A stretch of 61,566 bases of DNA, counting the filler, from Kipferlia bialata (lineage: Eukaryota): NCBI GenBank assembly GCA_003568945.1. It is 3 parts of 3 records of this genome, joined end to end, with 100 filler letters (N's around TTAATTAATTAA, not from the genome) between each part and the next. Parts side by side here need not be neighbours in the genome. Positions count along the whole stretch, not along the records: positions 58,595 to 61,566 come from BDIP01000174.1; 2 more parts are not named here. The stretch is one strand, 5' to 3'. The notes under the pieces were generated by a model. The model ran no database searches. It was not told where the DNA came from and saw nothing but the letters and a program-made list of their open reading frames with translations. Positions 61,470 through 61,566 of the stretch are shown here, piece by piece. Position numbers and translations under genes: made by a program. Within the stretch, counting starts at the first letter, position 1. Each line of letters begins with the position of its first letter.

Positions 61470-61566
61470 GTATATATCAACAGTTGTGTTATTGTATTCT
61501 CTTCTCTCCCTCCCTCTCTCTCTCTCTCTCCCCCCCCCCCCCCCCCCCCCCCCCCCTTCCCTCTTC

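Overview
Eukaryotic, very intron-rich protist DNA, not prokaryotic. It is probably a fornicate/metamonad such as Kipferlia bialata; this is inferred from the intron density, (GA)n-encoded ERERER tracts and a branch point fused to the 3' splice site. The window concatenates three scaffolds joined by artificial N44-TTAATTAATTAA-N44 linkers (26777-26876, 58495-58594). Genes reconstructed by manual splicing: a phage/bacterial-type pyrimidine-dimer DNA glycosylase-like gene, a 16-kb hypothetical gene, a flavodoxin-2x[4Fe-4S] fusion, the MLLE exon of PABP, a TTLL9-like polyglutamylase, a MAST/IRE-type AGC kinase, an orphan SDR first exon, a large FG-GAP/multi-TM/Pro-rich membrane protein, a HutD-like gene and Bub3. 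There is also a 2.5-kb compositionally foreign island with 99-bp repeats. The most striking pattern is 'exon echoes'. Most introns in most genes carry serial partial copies of the neighbouring exon end together with its splice site: acceptor+5' end upstream of the exon, and 3' end+donor downstream. In hand-aligned cases the echoes differ from the functional exon mostly at synonymous positions, which neutral intronic copies should not do. All exon calls are manual and lack transcript support.
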